Part shown: piece after piece, positions 25,933 to 35,896 of the stretch
Layout of the letters: every line of letters starts with the position of its first letter
Position numbering within the stretch: position 1 is the stretch's first letter
Origin: Deinococcus sp.
GTDB lineage: Bacteria; Deinococcota; Deinococci; Deinococcales; Deinococcaceae
NCBI GenBank assembly: GCA_965261005.1
Contig: OZ253375.1
Location: forward strand, 2,656,001 to 2,720,000
Direction: 5' to 3'
Length of the DNA: 64,000 bases
Made by a program: the position numbers and the translations under genes
The notes under the pieces: model-generated
Database searches by the model: none
What the model was told of the DNA's origin: nothing
Seen by the model: only the letters and a program-made list of their open reading frames with translations

Positions 25933-27138
25933 ACTGAGGGCAGCCCGTTTGCGTTTGCGTTTGAGGGCGTTTTTGGATGGCTCTCGTTTGAGCAGGTTGA
26001 GGGCGAGTTGTCGCAGGACGGCCATGTTTTCAGGACCGTGGTCCTTGGCGTAGCGGTGGTCGTCCTCACCGAAGACCACGTCCAGCATCCAGTGCAGCTT
26101 GTTCTCCACCTCCCAATGTGTTCTGACTGCATGCAGCACCTTTTTCGCGTCGGTTTCCAAGCTGGTGAGGTAGTAGCGCGTCTCACTGCTGGTCTTGCCC
26201 CCCAGCGTACGGGTGCAAGTCACGCGCGCCACGCTCTTGAGGCCCGGCCAGTGGTGGTCTTCGAGGTAACTCAGGTCAGAGAGCACTTCGCAGCGCCGCG
26301 TTTCTTCCCGGCCATGTCCGCGCTCGCACGTCTCGAACTGGTCATGCTCGACCTGCTCAAAGCCAGCTTGCTCAGCGTCCTCGAAGAGCCAGCGGACGTC
26401 TTCGCTGAGCTTGGGCTGGTTGTCCTTGAGCGCCATGACGTACTCGGCTTGATGCTCAAGGACCTTGCGGGCGACTTCGCGCTGGGTGTTCAGGGCGTCC
26501 ACGGTGACGATGCAGCCCGCCAGTTCCAGTAAAGAAAGAGTGTCGAGTAGGGTGGGCAGCGTGGTGATCTCATTGCTTTTGCCGTCCACCGCCGTGCTGG
26601 TCAAGCACAAGCCGTGCTGATGCGACCAGACGTTGAGCATGTGAACCGCCTTGACGTTGTCGCGAGCGGAGCCGCACAGCTGCTTGCCGTCAATGGCGAG
26701 AACGTCATCGCGGCTCAAGGTGCCACCAATGGCCGCCCTGATCCAATCCAGCACACAGCTTTGGAAGTGCAGGGGGTCAAGCCGCGCGAAAACTCGGCCG
26801 AAGGTATCGTGGGAGGGGATGCCACAGGACAGGTCGAGAAAGGTCGAGAGCCAGTCACGCTTGAGTTCGCCAAAGTCCTCTATGTCGTAGAAGCTTTCGG
26901 CATCCGAGATCACTGCGCACAGCGCGATCACGATCACGTTTACGAGGGGCTGGTTCAAGCCCCGGTTCGCTCGCGGGTCCAGCAACACCGCAAAATGCTC
27001 TACCGCCAAACGCAATTGCTCCTCATTCACCCTCGTAGCCTACCCGTGTACCTCAACGTGCGTCAGCCCTGGGCATCGTCCCCTTGCGCCCCCTGGAGGC
27101 CCATGCTAAGCTCTCTCTCGCCCAAATGTTCGATTTTT

Positions 27139-27214
27139 GGGGCTGTAGCTCAGCTGGGAGAGCGCCTCGTTCGCAATGAGGAGGTCAGCGGTTCGATCCC
27201 GCTCAGCTCCACCA
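27139..27214 (+). tRNA. tRNA-Ala(CGC)
   Basis: GGGGCTG...CAGCTCCACCA cloverleaf, G3:U70, anticodon CGC, encoded CCA. Confidence 0.97.
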
Positions 27215-27216
27215 AG

Positions 27217-27242
27217 GAAACCTCGTCCCTGACGGGGTTTTT
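27217..27242 (+). terminator. Terminator after tRNA-Ala
   Basis: AAACCTCGTC-cct-GACGGGGTTT followed by T run. Confidence 0.75.
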
Positions 27243-27254
27243 GCTCTGTGTTGT

Positions 27255-27296
27255 CTTTCAGCATTCTTTATTCTCTAGAATAAAGAATGCTGAAAG
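27255..27296. promoter_or_regulatory. Perfect 20-bp inverted repeat over the -10 box and start codon (putative autoregulatory operator)
   Basis: CTTTCAGCATTCTTTATTCT-ct-AGAATAAAGAATGCTGAAAG; includes TAGAAT and ATG 27287. Confidence 0.75.
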
Positions 27297-27817
27297 CTCA
27301 GGACCTGCTCGTCGCGCTCAAGCTGAGTCTGGAACAGCCCGCCCGCGGCACCGATCTGGCGGAAGCGCTGACCTTGAGCGTTGCGGAGACATATCTCGCG
27401 CTCAAACGTCTCGTGACCTGTCATCTCGCCCGCGAGGCTATGAAGGGCGCTTTGCCGCTGGTCATCCGCCGCAACTTGCTGGAGTTTCTGGTCCACGGCG
27501 TCAGGTACACCTTTCCCGCCACCCTTGGCGAGCCTACCCGCGGTTTTCCCACTGCACATGCCGCCCCGCCGCTTTCACAAGACATGCTGGCCAGCGATCT
27601 GCCGCCCGTATGGCCGTCGCCAAGGGGAACGGTGCGGGGCTTCGCCCTGTCTCCCCTTTACAAGAGCGTTCCCGAGGCGGCGCTGCGCGACCCCCGTCTG
27701 TATGAACTGCTGGCCCTGGTGGACGCCGTTCGGGCCGGAACGGCGCGGGAGCGCTTGCTCGCCTCGAAGCTGCTCGAAGAACGGCTCATGACGGCCGCGA
27801 CCACACAGGAGGTCTGA
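27287..27817 (+). CDS. wHTH protein, putative AbiEi-like antitoxin
   Basis: N-terminal HTH (DLAEALTLSVAETYLALKRL); LYELLALVDAVR.G.ARER tail; directly upstream of an NTase. Confidence 0.6.
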   Translation: MLKAQDLLVALKLSLEQPARGTDLAEALTLSVAETYLALKRLVTCHLAREAMKGALPLVIRRNLLEFLVHGVRYTFPATLGEPTRGFPTAHAAPPLSQDMLASDLPPVWPSPRGTVRGFALSPLYKSVPEAALRDPRLYELLALVDAVRAGTARERLLASKLLEERLMTAATTQEV

Positions 27818-27819
27818 TC

Positions 27820-28506
27820 GTGAGCAACCGCGCCAACCTCAGCCTGCTCTACGCGGTGGCCCGTCACCTTCGGCCGGTGCTCGGCGACGTGATGTTTGTC
27901 GGCGGCGTGGTCACGGTATTGCTGCTGACGGATTCGGCAGCGCCCGAAGTCCGCGCCACCAGTGACGTGGACATCACGGTCGAACTCGCTTCTTATGGCC
28001 GCTTCCAAACCTTCGTGGACACGTTGTTCAGGCTCGGCTATCACCTCGATTCGCAAGGGCATACCGGGCGTTTTCGCGGCCACGGCCGAATTCTAGACGT
28101 GATGCCCAGCACCCCCGTATTGGGCGAAACCAATTCTTGGTACGCCCCAGCCTTTGCGTGGGCGCAGTCCGTTGCTTTGGAGGGCGGCCTCGCGATTCGC
28201 GTGATCAGCGCGCCGTACTTTTTGGCCACAAAAATCGAAGCTTTCAACGGTCGCGGGCGCCACGATCCTTTTTACAGCAAGGACTTCACCGACATCGTCA
28301 GCGTACTCGACGGGCGTTCTGAGCTGGTCGCCGAAGTGGCAGTTGGTCAAGCAGATCTGCGCGCGTTCCTGACGCGAGAAGCCCGCTCGCTGCTCGGAGA
28401 AGGCGACCTCGAAGACTGGCTGAGCGCCGCCCTTCCGCCTGACCGCGCCAGTCAAGCCCGCGCGCCCCTCGTGCTGGAACGCCTTGGGACGCTCGGCCGA
28501 TTGTAA
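27820..28506 (+). CDS. Pol-beta-like nucleotidyltransferase, putative AbiEii-like toxin
   Basis: FVGG...RATSDVD, DVMP, FLATKIEAF..RG, KDFTDI. Confidence 0.65.
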   Translation: MSNRANLSLLYAVARHLRPVLGDVMFVGGVVTVLLLTDSAAPEVRATSDVDITVELASYGRFQTFVDTLFRLGYHLDSQGHTGRFRGHGRILDVMPSTPVLGETNSWYAPAFAWAQSVALEGGLAIRVISAPYFLATKIEAFNGRGRHDPFYSKDFTDIVSVLDGRSELVAEVAVGQADLRAFLTREARSLLGEGDLEDWLSAALPPDRASQARAPLVLERLGTLGRL

Positions 28507-28537
28507 CGCTTGCCGTCGACTCTAGAGGGCAGCCTCT

Positions 28538-29956
28538 TCAGCTCAGCTGGCGCATCAGCCAAGCCACCAAGCGCGGGGCGGGGCGGCCGTAGGGGGGGTA
28601 GGTGAGGCGGACGGGGCTGGCGCGGCCCTCGCGCAGCACGGCGCGCTCGTAAGAAAAAGTGCGAAAGCCGTACTCACCGTGGTAGCTGCCCATGCCGCTC
28701 GGCCCGACGCCGCCGAAGGGCAGTCGGTCGTGGATCAGGTGGACCACCACGCCGTTCACGACCAGCCCGCCGGACGCCGTTTCGCGCGCCACCCGGTCCA
28801 CAAAGGCTTCGTCCCGTGAAAATACGTACAGGGCGAGCGGCTTGCCCAGGGCGCGCACCAAGGCGACGGCCTCGCCAGGATCGCGGTAGGTCACGATGGG
28901 CAGCACGGGGGCGAAGATCTCCTCTCGCATCACCCGCATGCCCGGCGTGACGCCGCTCAGGACGGTCGGCGCCACGAAGCGCCGTTCCGGCTCCACCGCC
29001 CCGCCAAATTCGAGCCGCGCGCCCCCCGCGAGCGCGTCCGCGATCAGGTCCCCCACGCGCCGCGCCGCGCCCTGATCCGCCAAGCGGCCGTAGTCCCGGT
29101 TGTGCGCCTGCCACGCCTCGCCGCCGTAAAACTCCCGCACGGCACGCCCCAGCTGCGCGATCAACTCCCTCTGTGCGCTTTCCTGAACCAGCAGGTAGTC
29201 GGGCGCCACGCAGGTCTGGCCGGCGTTCAGGAACTTGCCCCAAGCGACGCGGCGCGCGCTCAGCGCCAAGTCGGCGCTTCCGTCCACGATGGCGGGGGAC
29301 TTGCCGCCGAGTTCCAGCGTGACCGGGGACAGGTGCCGGCTAGCCGCCGCCATCACCTCGCGGCCCACCGCCGTGCTCCCGGTGAAAAAGACGTGGTCCC
29401 ACGGCAAGTCGAGCAACCCTCGCGCGACCTCCGGCCCGCCGGTGAAGACCGCCACCTCGTCCGGCGCGAACGTCGCCTCGATCAGCTCCCGCATGGCCTG
29501 CGCGGCGTGCGGGGCCTTTTCGGACGGCTTGAGCGCGACCGTGTTGCCCGCCGCGATGGCGCTCACCAGCGGCGTCAGGGCCAGATTGACGGGGTAGTTC
29601 CACGGCGCCAAGATCAGCACGGCGCCCTTCGGCTCGGGCCGCACCTCACCGCGCGCCCCCAGCAGCGTCATCGGCGTGCGCACGCGCCTCGGCCGCGCCC
29701 AGCGCGCGAGGTCGCGCAACGCCCGCGCGATCTCCCCGCGCACGGGCTGGACCTCGACAATCTCGGCCTCCGCCGGGTGCTTGCCGAGGTCCAGTTCGAG
29801 GGCGCGCGTGAGCTGCGTGCGGCGCGTCCCCACCGCCTCGCCAAGGCGCCGCAAACGGTCCCGGCGCGCGGCCAGGTCGCGGAACCGGACGTCCCAGACG
29901 CGGGCCAGCAGGGCGGCGTGCGTCTGTTCAAGACCGTGCGTGGGCGGCTTCAGCAT
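28538..29956 (-). CDS. Aldehyde dehydrogenase (ALDH3-like)
   Basis: PWNYP, FTGST, LELGGKSP, NAGQTCVAPDY, EEIFAP. Confidence 0.93.
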   Translation of the reverse strand: MLKPPTHGLEQTHAALLARVWDVRFRDLAARRDRLRRLGEAVGTRRTQLTRALELDLGKHPAEAEIVEVQPVRGEIARALRDLARWARPRRVRTPMTLLGARGEVRPEPKGAVLILAPWNYPVNLALTPLVSAIAAGNTVALKPSEKAPHAAQAMRELIEATFAPDEVAVFTGGPEVARGLLDLPWDHVFFTGSTAVGREVMAAASRHLSPVTLELGGKSPAIVDGSADLALSARRVAWGKFLNAGQTCVAPDYLLVQESAQRELIAQLGRAVREFYGGEAWQAHNRDYGRLADQGAARRVGDLIADALAGGARLEFGGAVEPERRFVAPTVLSGVTPGMRVMREEIFAPVLPIVTYRDPGEAVALVRALGKPLALYVFSRDEAFVDRVARETASGGLVVNGVVVHLIHDRLPFGGVGPSGMGSYHGEYGFRTFSYERAVLREGRASPVRLTYPPYGRPAPRLVAWLMRQLS

Positions 29957-29995
29957 GAACAACTCCTGGGCGACGGGGGACGAGACGTCCCGAGT

Positions 29996-30844
29996 TTACA
30001 GCGCCCGTTCCTGCGTGGAAGCTTGCAGGTCCGGGCACACTTCATCTTTCGGCATCCAGCGGCGAAACAGCAGCGGCACCAATTCGGTGACGACCAGGCC
30101 GGTCAGAAAGAGCCGGATGGCGTTGCCCGCCCCCGAGTGGCGCAGCCCCTCCGGCACCACCCGGAAGCCCAGGTACACCGCGAACACCAGCAGCAGCCCC
30201 AAGAGGCCCACCAGCACGCGCGCCCCCCAGCCGCTCGGCGCCCGGTACGCGAGGCGCGACACCAGAAAGGTCGCCAGAATCGCCAGCCCGCCCGAATATT
30301 CGCTCAGGGCCGGAATGAGGGCCAGCGCCAGCGCCGCCCCACCCAGCCACAGCGAGCGCGGCACCCGCCAAGTGACGCCCCAAGCGAAAAAGCCGCCCAG
30401 CAGCAAGCCGACCAGCACGTCGCTCGGGAAGTGGACCCCCAGCACAACGCGCGACAAGCCGACCAGCGCGACCAGCACGGCCGCCACCCACCACAGCCAG
30501 CGGCGCCCTTGCTGAAGCGCCACGCCGAACCACAGCGTCGCGTTCAGCTGGGTGTGGCCGCTGGGCAGGCCGGGGCCGAGCGCCGTCCCTTGCGCGGCGG
30601 GGCTGGCTAAAGTTGGGTCGGTGAAAAAGGGGCGCGGCCCGTTGAGGCCGAGCTTGAGGAGGGTGTTGACCAAGTAGCTGAGTGCGAAGGTGACGCCCAG
30701 GGCGCGGGCGCCGCGCGGATTGACCAGCCAGGTGTAGAGGGCCAGCACGACGATGAAGATCTCGTCGCGGCCAAGGCTGGTGACGGCCAGCCAGAAGCTC
30801 TCGGGGCGGTCGAGCGCGGCGTGCAGCGTGCGGACGATGTCCAT
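29996..30844 (-). CDS. PAP2 family membrane phosphatase
   Basis: K..RP, PSGH, SRVVLGVHFPSDV. Confidence 0.9.
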   Translation of the reverse strand: MDIVRTLHAALDRPESFWLAVTSLGRDEIFIVVLALYTWLVNPRGARALGVTFALSYLVNTLLKLGLNGPRPFFTDPTLASPAAQGTALGPGLPSGHTQLNATLWFGVALQQGRRWLWWVAAVLVALVGLSRVVLGVHFPSDVLVGLLLGGFFAWGVTWRVPRSLWLGGAALALALIPALSEYSGGLAILATFLVSRLAYRAPSGWGARVLVGLLGLLLVFAVYLGFRVVPEGLRHSGAGNAIRLFLTGLVVTELVPLLFRRWMPKDEVCPDLQASTQERAL

Positions 30845-30913
30845 CGGGTCCTCCCGGATCGAGCAGGCGTATGTGGTTATTTGGGTGGGCTTGGGTCTTG
30901 CTGTTCGAGAAGC

Positions 30914-31972
30914 TTACAGCAGCGCCAATTGGTTGCGGTGCATCAGCTCGTCGAAGTCCTTGCGGCCGAGCGTGTTCTCGATCTCGCCCGTGTTGAGGCC
31001 CAGAATGCGCGCCACCTCGTCCGAGGCGTAGTTGACCAGCCCCTGCGCCAGCGCCCCGCCCGGCCCCTCCAAGCGGACCACGTCGCCGTAGACGAAGTGG
31101 CCCTCCGAACGGACCACCCCCTTCGGCAGCAGCGAGCGCCCGGCGCGCACGGCCTCGGCGGCGCCGGCGTCCAGGTGGAGGGTGCCCTTTGGAATTTGGT
31201 GCAGCAGCCAGCCCCGCCGCGCGGCGGGTTTGCCGGCCCGGACGCGGGTGCCGAGCGGCTCGCCGGCAGCCAAGCGTTCCAGCGCGTGCCCGCCCCCGCC
31301 CAGGATGACGGTGTCGATGCCGGCGTCAAAGGCGATCTGCGCCGCCCGCAGCTTGGTCCGCATGCCGCCGGTGCCGTGCGCGCCGTTCGTGTGACCGGCC
31401 AAGTGCAGCACGTCCGCGATGTTCTCCACCAAGGGAATGCGCTCTGCGGCGGGGTCCCTGGCGGGGTCGGCGGTGTAGAGGCTGTCCACGTCGGTCAGCA
31501 GGATCAGCTCCTCGGCGTCGGCCAAGTAGGCGACCCAGGCGGAGAGGGTGTCGTTGTCGCCGAGGCGCAGCTCCTGGGTCGCCACGGTGTCGTTTTCGTT
31601 GATAATCGGCAGCGCGCCCAGCTTAAAGGCGCTCTCCAGGGCGTGCTTGGCGTTCACGAAGCGCCGCCGGTCCTGAATGTCCCCCGCCGACAGCAGAAAC
31701 TGCGCCACCGGCCGCGGTGCAAAGGCGCGCGCCCACTCCTGCATCAGGGCGACTTGACCGACGGCGGCCAGCGCCTGCTTCTGCGGCAGGGTGCTGGGTC
31801 TGGGCAGGCCAAGGAGGCCGCGCCCGGCGGCCACCGCGCCGCTCGACACCACCGCCACCTCGGCGCGCATGCCCAGCACCGCCCGCGCGATGGCCCACAG
31901 TTTCGGCGGCTCGACGCGCCCGGCCGCGTCCGTCAGGCTGCTGGAGCCGATTTTGACGACCAGGCGTTTCAT
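30914..31972 (-). CDS. proB: Glutamate 5-kinase
   Basis: VVKIGSSSL, INENDTV, GDNDTL, GTGGMRTK, PUA domain. Confidence 0.96.
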   Translation of the reverse strand: MKRLVVKIGSSSLTDAAGRVEPPKLWAIARAVLGMRAEVAVVSSGAVAAGRGLLGLPRPSTLPQKQALAAVGQVALMQEWARAFAPRPVAQFLLSAGDIQDRRRFVNAKHALESAFKLGALPIINENDTVATQELRLGDNDTLSAWVAYLADAEELILLTDVDSLYTADPARDPAAERIPLVENIADVLHLAGHTNGAHGTGGMRTKLRAAQIAFDAGIDTVILGGGGHALERLAAGEPLGTRVRAGKPAARRGWLLHQIPKGTLHLDAGAAEAVRAGRSLLPKGVVRSEGHFVYGDVVRLEGPGGALAQGLVNYASDEVARILGLNTGEIENTLGRKDFDELMHRNQLALL

Positions 31973-31991
31973 ATGGCTTGCGAGCGGGGAA

Positions 31992-33239
31992 TCACCGCAC
32001 CTGACCCTTTCCCGTCACGCGGTACTTGCTGCTGACCAATTGCCGCAGCCCCATCGGGCCGCGCGCGTGCAGCTTCTGGGTGCTGATGCCGATCTCGGCG
32101 CCGAAGCCGAACTCGAAGCCGTCGGTGAAGCGGGTGGAGGCGTTGACGTAGACGCAGGCGGCGTCCACCTCATCCTGAAAGCGCCCCGCCGCCGCAAGCG
32201 AGCCGGTCACGATGGCCTCGCTGTGGCCCGTCCCGTGGCGGGCGATGTGCAAGAGGGCCGCGTCCAGATCGTCCACCACCCTCACCGCGATGGTGAGGTC
32301 CAGGTACTCCTCGTCCCAGTCCTCCTCGCTCGCCGCCGTCACGCCGGGGGCGTAGAGCTGGGCGTCCGCGTCGCCGCGCACCTCCACGCCCGCTTCCCGC
32401 AGCGCCCTCACGGCGAGCGGCAAAAAGACGGGCGCCATCTCGCGGTCCACCAGCAGCTTTTCCAGCGCGTTGCACACGCCGGGGCGCTGCACCTTGCCGT
32501 TGAGGAGGATGTTCAGCGCCATCTCTAAATCGGCCGCCGCGTGGACGTAGAGATGGCAGTTGCCCACCCCGGTCTCGATGGTCGGCACCCGCGCGTTCTC
32601 CACCACGTGGCGGATCAGGCCCGCCCCACCGCGCGGAATGACCAAGTCCACCAGGCCGCGCGCCCCCAGCAGCTCGGTCACGTCGGCCCTGTCGCCCGAG
32701 TCGAGCAGCGTCACGGCGTCCTGGGGCAGACCGGCGCCGTCCAGCCCCGCGCGCATGGCCCGCACGAGGGCGCGGTTGCTTCTCAGGGCACTGGAACTGC
32801 CGCGCAGCACCGCCGCGCTGCCCACCTTGAGGCACAGGGCGGCCACGTCGGCGCTGACGTTGGGCCGCGACTCGTAGACCACGCCGATCACGCCGAAGGG
32901 GACCGTCACCTGTTCTATACGCATCCCGTTGGGGTGGCGCCAGCCGTCCAGCACCCGTCCGAGGGGGTCGGGCAAGCGGGCGACCTGCCGTAGGCCGTCC
33001 GTGATGCCGGTTAGCTTGGATTCGTTCAGGGCTAGGCGGTCTAGCAGGGCTTCTGACGTGCCCTTGCCGCGTTCGGCGGCCACGTCCAGGGCGTTCTGGC
33101 AAAGAATTTCGTCGGCGTGTTCTTGCAGCTTTTGTGCCATCGTCTCCAGGGCGGCGTTTCGGTCGGCGCGCGCCAAACCGCGGCTGGCCGCCCGCGCGCG
33201 GGTCAGGGCGCCGTGAACGCCGGAGTCTCGCGTGGTCAT
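31992..33239 (-). CDS. proA: Gamma-glutamyl phosphate reductase
   Basis: YESRPNV, GVGNCHLY, NASTRFTDG, STQKLHARGPMG; start at MTTRDSG. Confidence 0.95.
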   Translation of the reverse strand: MTTRDSGVHGALTRARAASRGLARADRNAALETMAQKLQEHADEILCQNALDVAAERGKGTSEALLDRLALNESKLTGITDGLRQVARLPDPLGRVLDGWRHPNGMRIEQVTVPFGVIGVVYESRPNVSADVAALCLKVGSAAVLRGSSSALRSNRALVRAMRAGLDGAGLPQDAVTLLDSGDRADVTELLGARGLVDLVIPRGGAGLIRHVVENARVPTIETGVGNCHLYVHAAADLEMALNILLNGKVQRPGVCNALEKLLVDREMAPVFLPLAVRALREAGVEVRGDADAQLYAPGVTAASEEDWDEEYLDLTIAVRVVDDLDAALLHIARHGTGHSEAIVTGSLAAAGRFQDEVDAACVYVNASTRFTDGFEFGFGAEIGISTQKLHARGPMGLRQLVSSKYRVTGKGQVR

Positions 33240-33247
33240 GCCCGAGT

Positions 33248-33955
33248 CTAGTCTCCCGGAACGGGAAAGGGCAGCGTCCCCTCGTACAAGGCGCGGCCCA
33301 CGATGGCGCCCTCGATCTTGAGTTCCGAGAGCATGTTCAAATCCTCTTCGTTTGCCACGCCGCCGCCCACGATCAGCTCGCCGCGCCACAAGTGGCGCAC
33401 CGCGTCCATCAAGTCGCGCTCCAAGCCGCGCAGGGTGCCGTCGCGGCTCACGTCGGTGAAGATCAGCGTCGCGAGGCCCTGCACCGACAGGCGGTGCAGC
33501 AGCTCGGGCACTTGAATGTTCCCCGCCTCGGCCCAGCCGCCCACGGCCACGTTCATGCCGCGCGCGTCCACGCTGACGACGATTCGCTCGGGGCCGTGTT
33601 CGCCCAGCAGCTCGGTGACCAGCTGGGGCGTCCGCACCGCCGCCGTGCCGAGGACCACCCGGGCCACGCCGCCCGCAAGCAGCGCCCGCGCCGCCCCCGC
33701 GTCGCGCACGCCCCCGCCCGCCTCCACGGGAATCCCTACCTTCCGCGCGATCTCGAAAAGGTCGCGCCGGTTTTGGCCGCGCCCGGTGGCGGCGTCGAGG
33801 TCCACCAGGTGCAGCGCTCCCGCCCCCAGACGTTCCCAATGTCGGGCCGCCTCCAGCGGCGAGTCGAAGTACACCGTCTCGCGCTCGGGGTCGCCCTCGA
33901 AAAGGCGCACGGCGCGGCCCGCTTGAATGTCCACGCAGGGAATGACCAGGGGCAT
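33248..33955 (-). CDS. hisA: ProFAR isomerase
   Basis: [32 protein letters not shown]. Confidence 0.95.
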   Translation of the reverse strand: MPLVIPCVDIQAGRAVRLFEGDPERETVYFDSPLEAARHWERLGAGALHLVDLDAATGRGQNRRDLFEIARKVGIPVEAGGGVRDAGAARALLAGGVARVVLGTAAVRTPQLVTELLGEHGPERIVVSVDARGMNVAVGGWAEAGNIQVPELLHRLSVQGLATLIFTDVSRDGTLRGLERDLMDAVRHLWRGELIVGGGVANEEDLNMLSELKIEGAIVGRALYEGTLPFPVPGD

Positions 33956-33978
33956 ACTTGCAGAGTATAAGGAGAGAC

Positions 33979-34434
33979 ATGCGCCTGAACTACCGCCGAC
34001 TCGATCCCGCCGCCTACGAGGCCATGACCGCCCTGGAACACTACGTCCGGGACGGCGACCTCGACCCCAAGCTGCTCGAACTGATGAGGGTGCGGGTGTC
34101 GCAGCTGAATGGCTGCGCCTACTGCCTCGATCTGCACGCCCGCCAAGCCCTGAAGCTCGGCGAGACCCAGCAGCGCCTGAACGTGCTGGCCGCTTGGCGC
34201 GAGGCGCCCCTTTTCAGCGAACCCGAGCGGGCCGCCCTGGCCTTGGCTGAGGAGGTGACGCACATTTCGCAGGGCGGCGTGGCGGACGCGACCTTCGAGG
34301 CGGCGCGCGCCCAGTTCGGCGACGTGCCGCTGGTGCGCCTCTTGGTGGCGATCAACACCATCAACGCCTGGAACCGCCTCGCCATCGCCACCAAGATCGA
34401 GCCGCGCGTTCAGGCGGACGCCGCTACGGGCTGA
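33979..34434 (+). CDS. AhpD/carboxymuconolactone decarboxylase family protein
   Basis: [31 protein letters not shown]. Confidence 0.9.
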   Translation: MRLNYRRLDPAAYEAMTALEHYVRDGDLDPKLLELMRVRVSQLNGCAYCLDLHARQALKLGETQQRLNVLAAWREAPLFSEPERAALALAEEVTHISQGGVADATFEAARAQFGDVPLVRLLVAINTINAWNRLAIATKIEPRVQADAATG

Positions 34435-34482
34435 ACCCGTCACGCCTGAGCCGGTCACGCTAGACTGGGCGCGGGAGGCCGC

Positions 34483-35643
<1,161 letters not shown>

Positions 35644-35673
35644 GATACGGCCGGCTTGAGATATGGCGGCATG

Positions 35674-35699
35674 AAAAAAGCTCCCCGAAACGGAGAGCT
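35674..35699 (-). terminator. Terminator after tRNA-Leu
   Basis: AGCTCTCCG-ttt-CGGGGAGCT followed by T6 on minus strand. Confidence 0.75.
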
Positions 35700-35702
35700 G
35701 TG

Positions 35703-35787
<85 letters not shown>

Positions 35788-35896
35788 ACGGGTGTTTCAG
35801 GCCCGCTGAGTGTAGCGGGGGGCGCCGGGGCTTGTCAAGATTTTGCGTGCGGACAAATTCGTCCTCAAGCCCTCCGGGCGCTGTTACACTTGCCTC

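Larger units (their letters stand above)
24994..27030 (-). pseudogene. ISAs1 transposase interrupted near its 3' end
   Basis: PSHDTF, AIDGK, KSNEI, HWEVENKLHW; excising IS5 restores RAAL-S-DEYRETLLKLLASP*. Confidence 0.9.

Noticed and set aside
31992..33980. Apparent 662-aa ProA fusion
   Set aside because: The N-terminal 247 codons are an off-frame reading of hisA; ProA starts at 33239.
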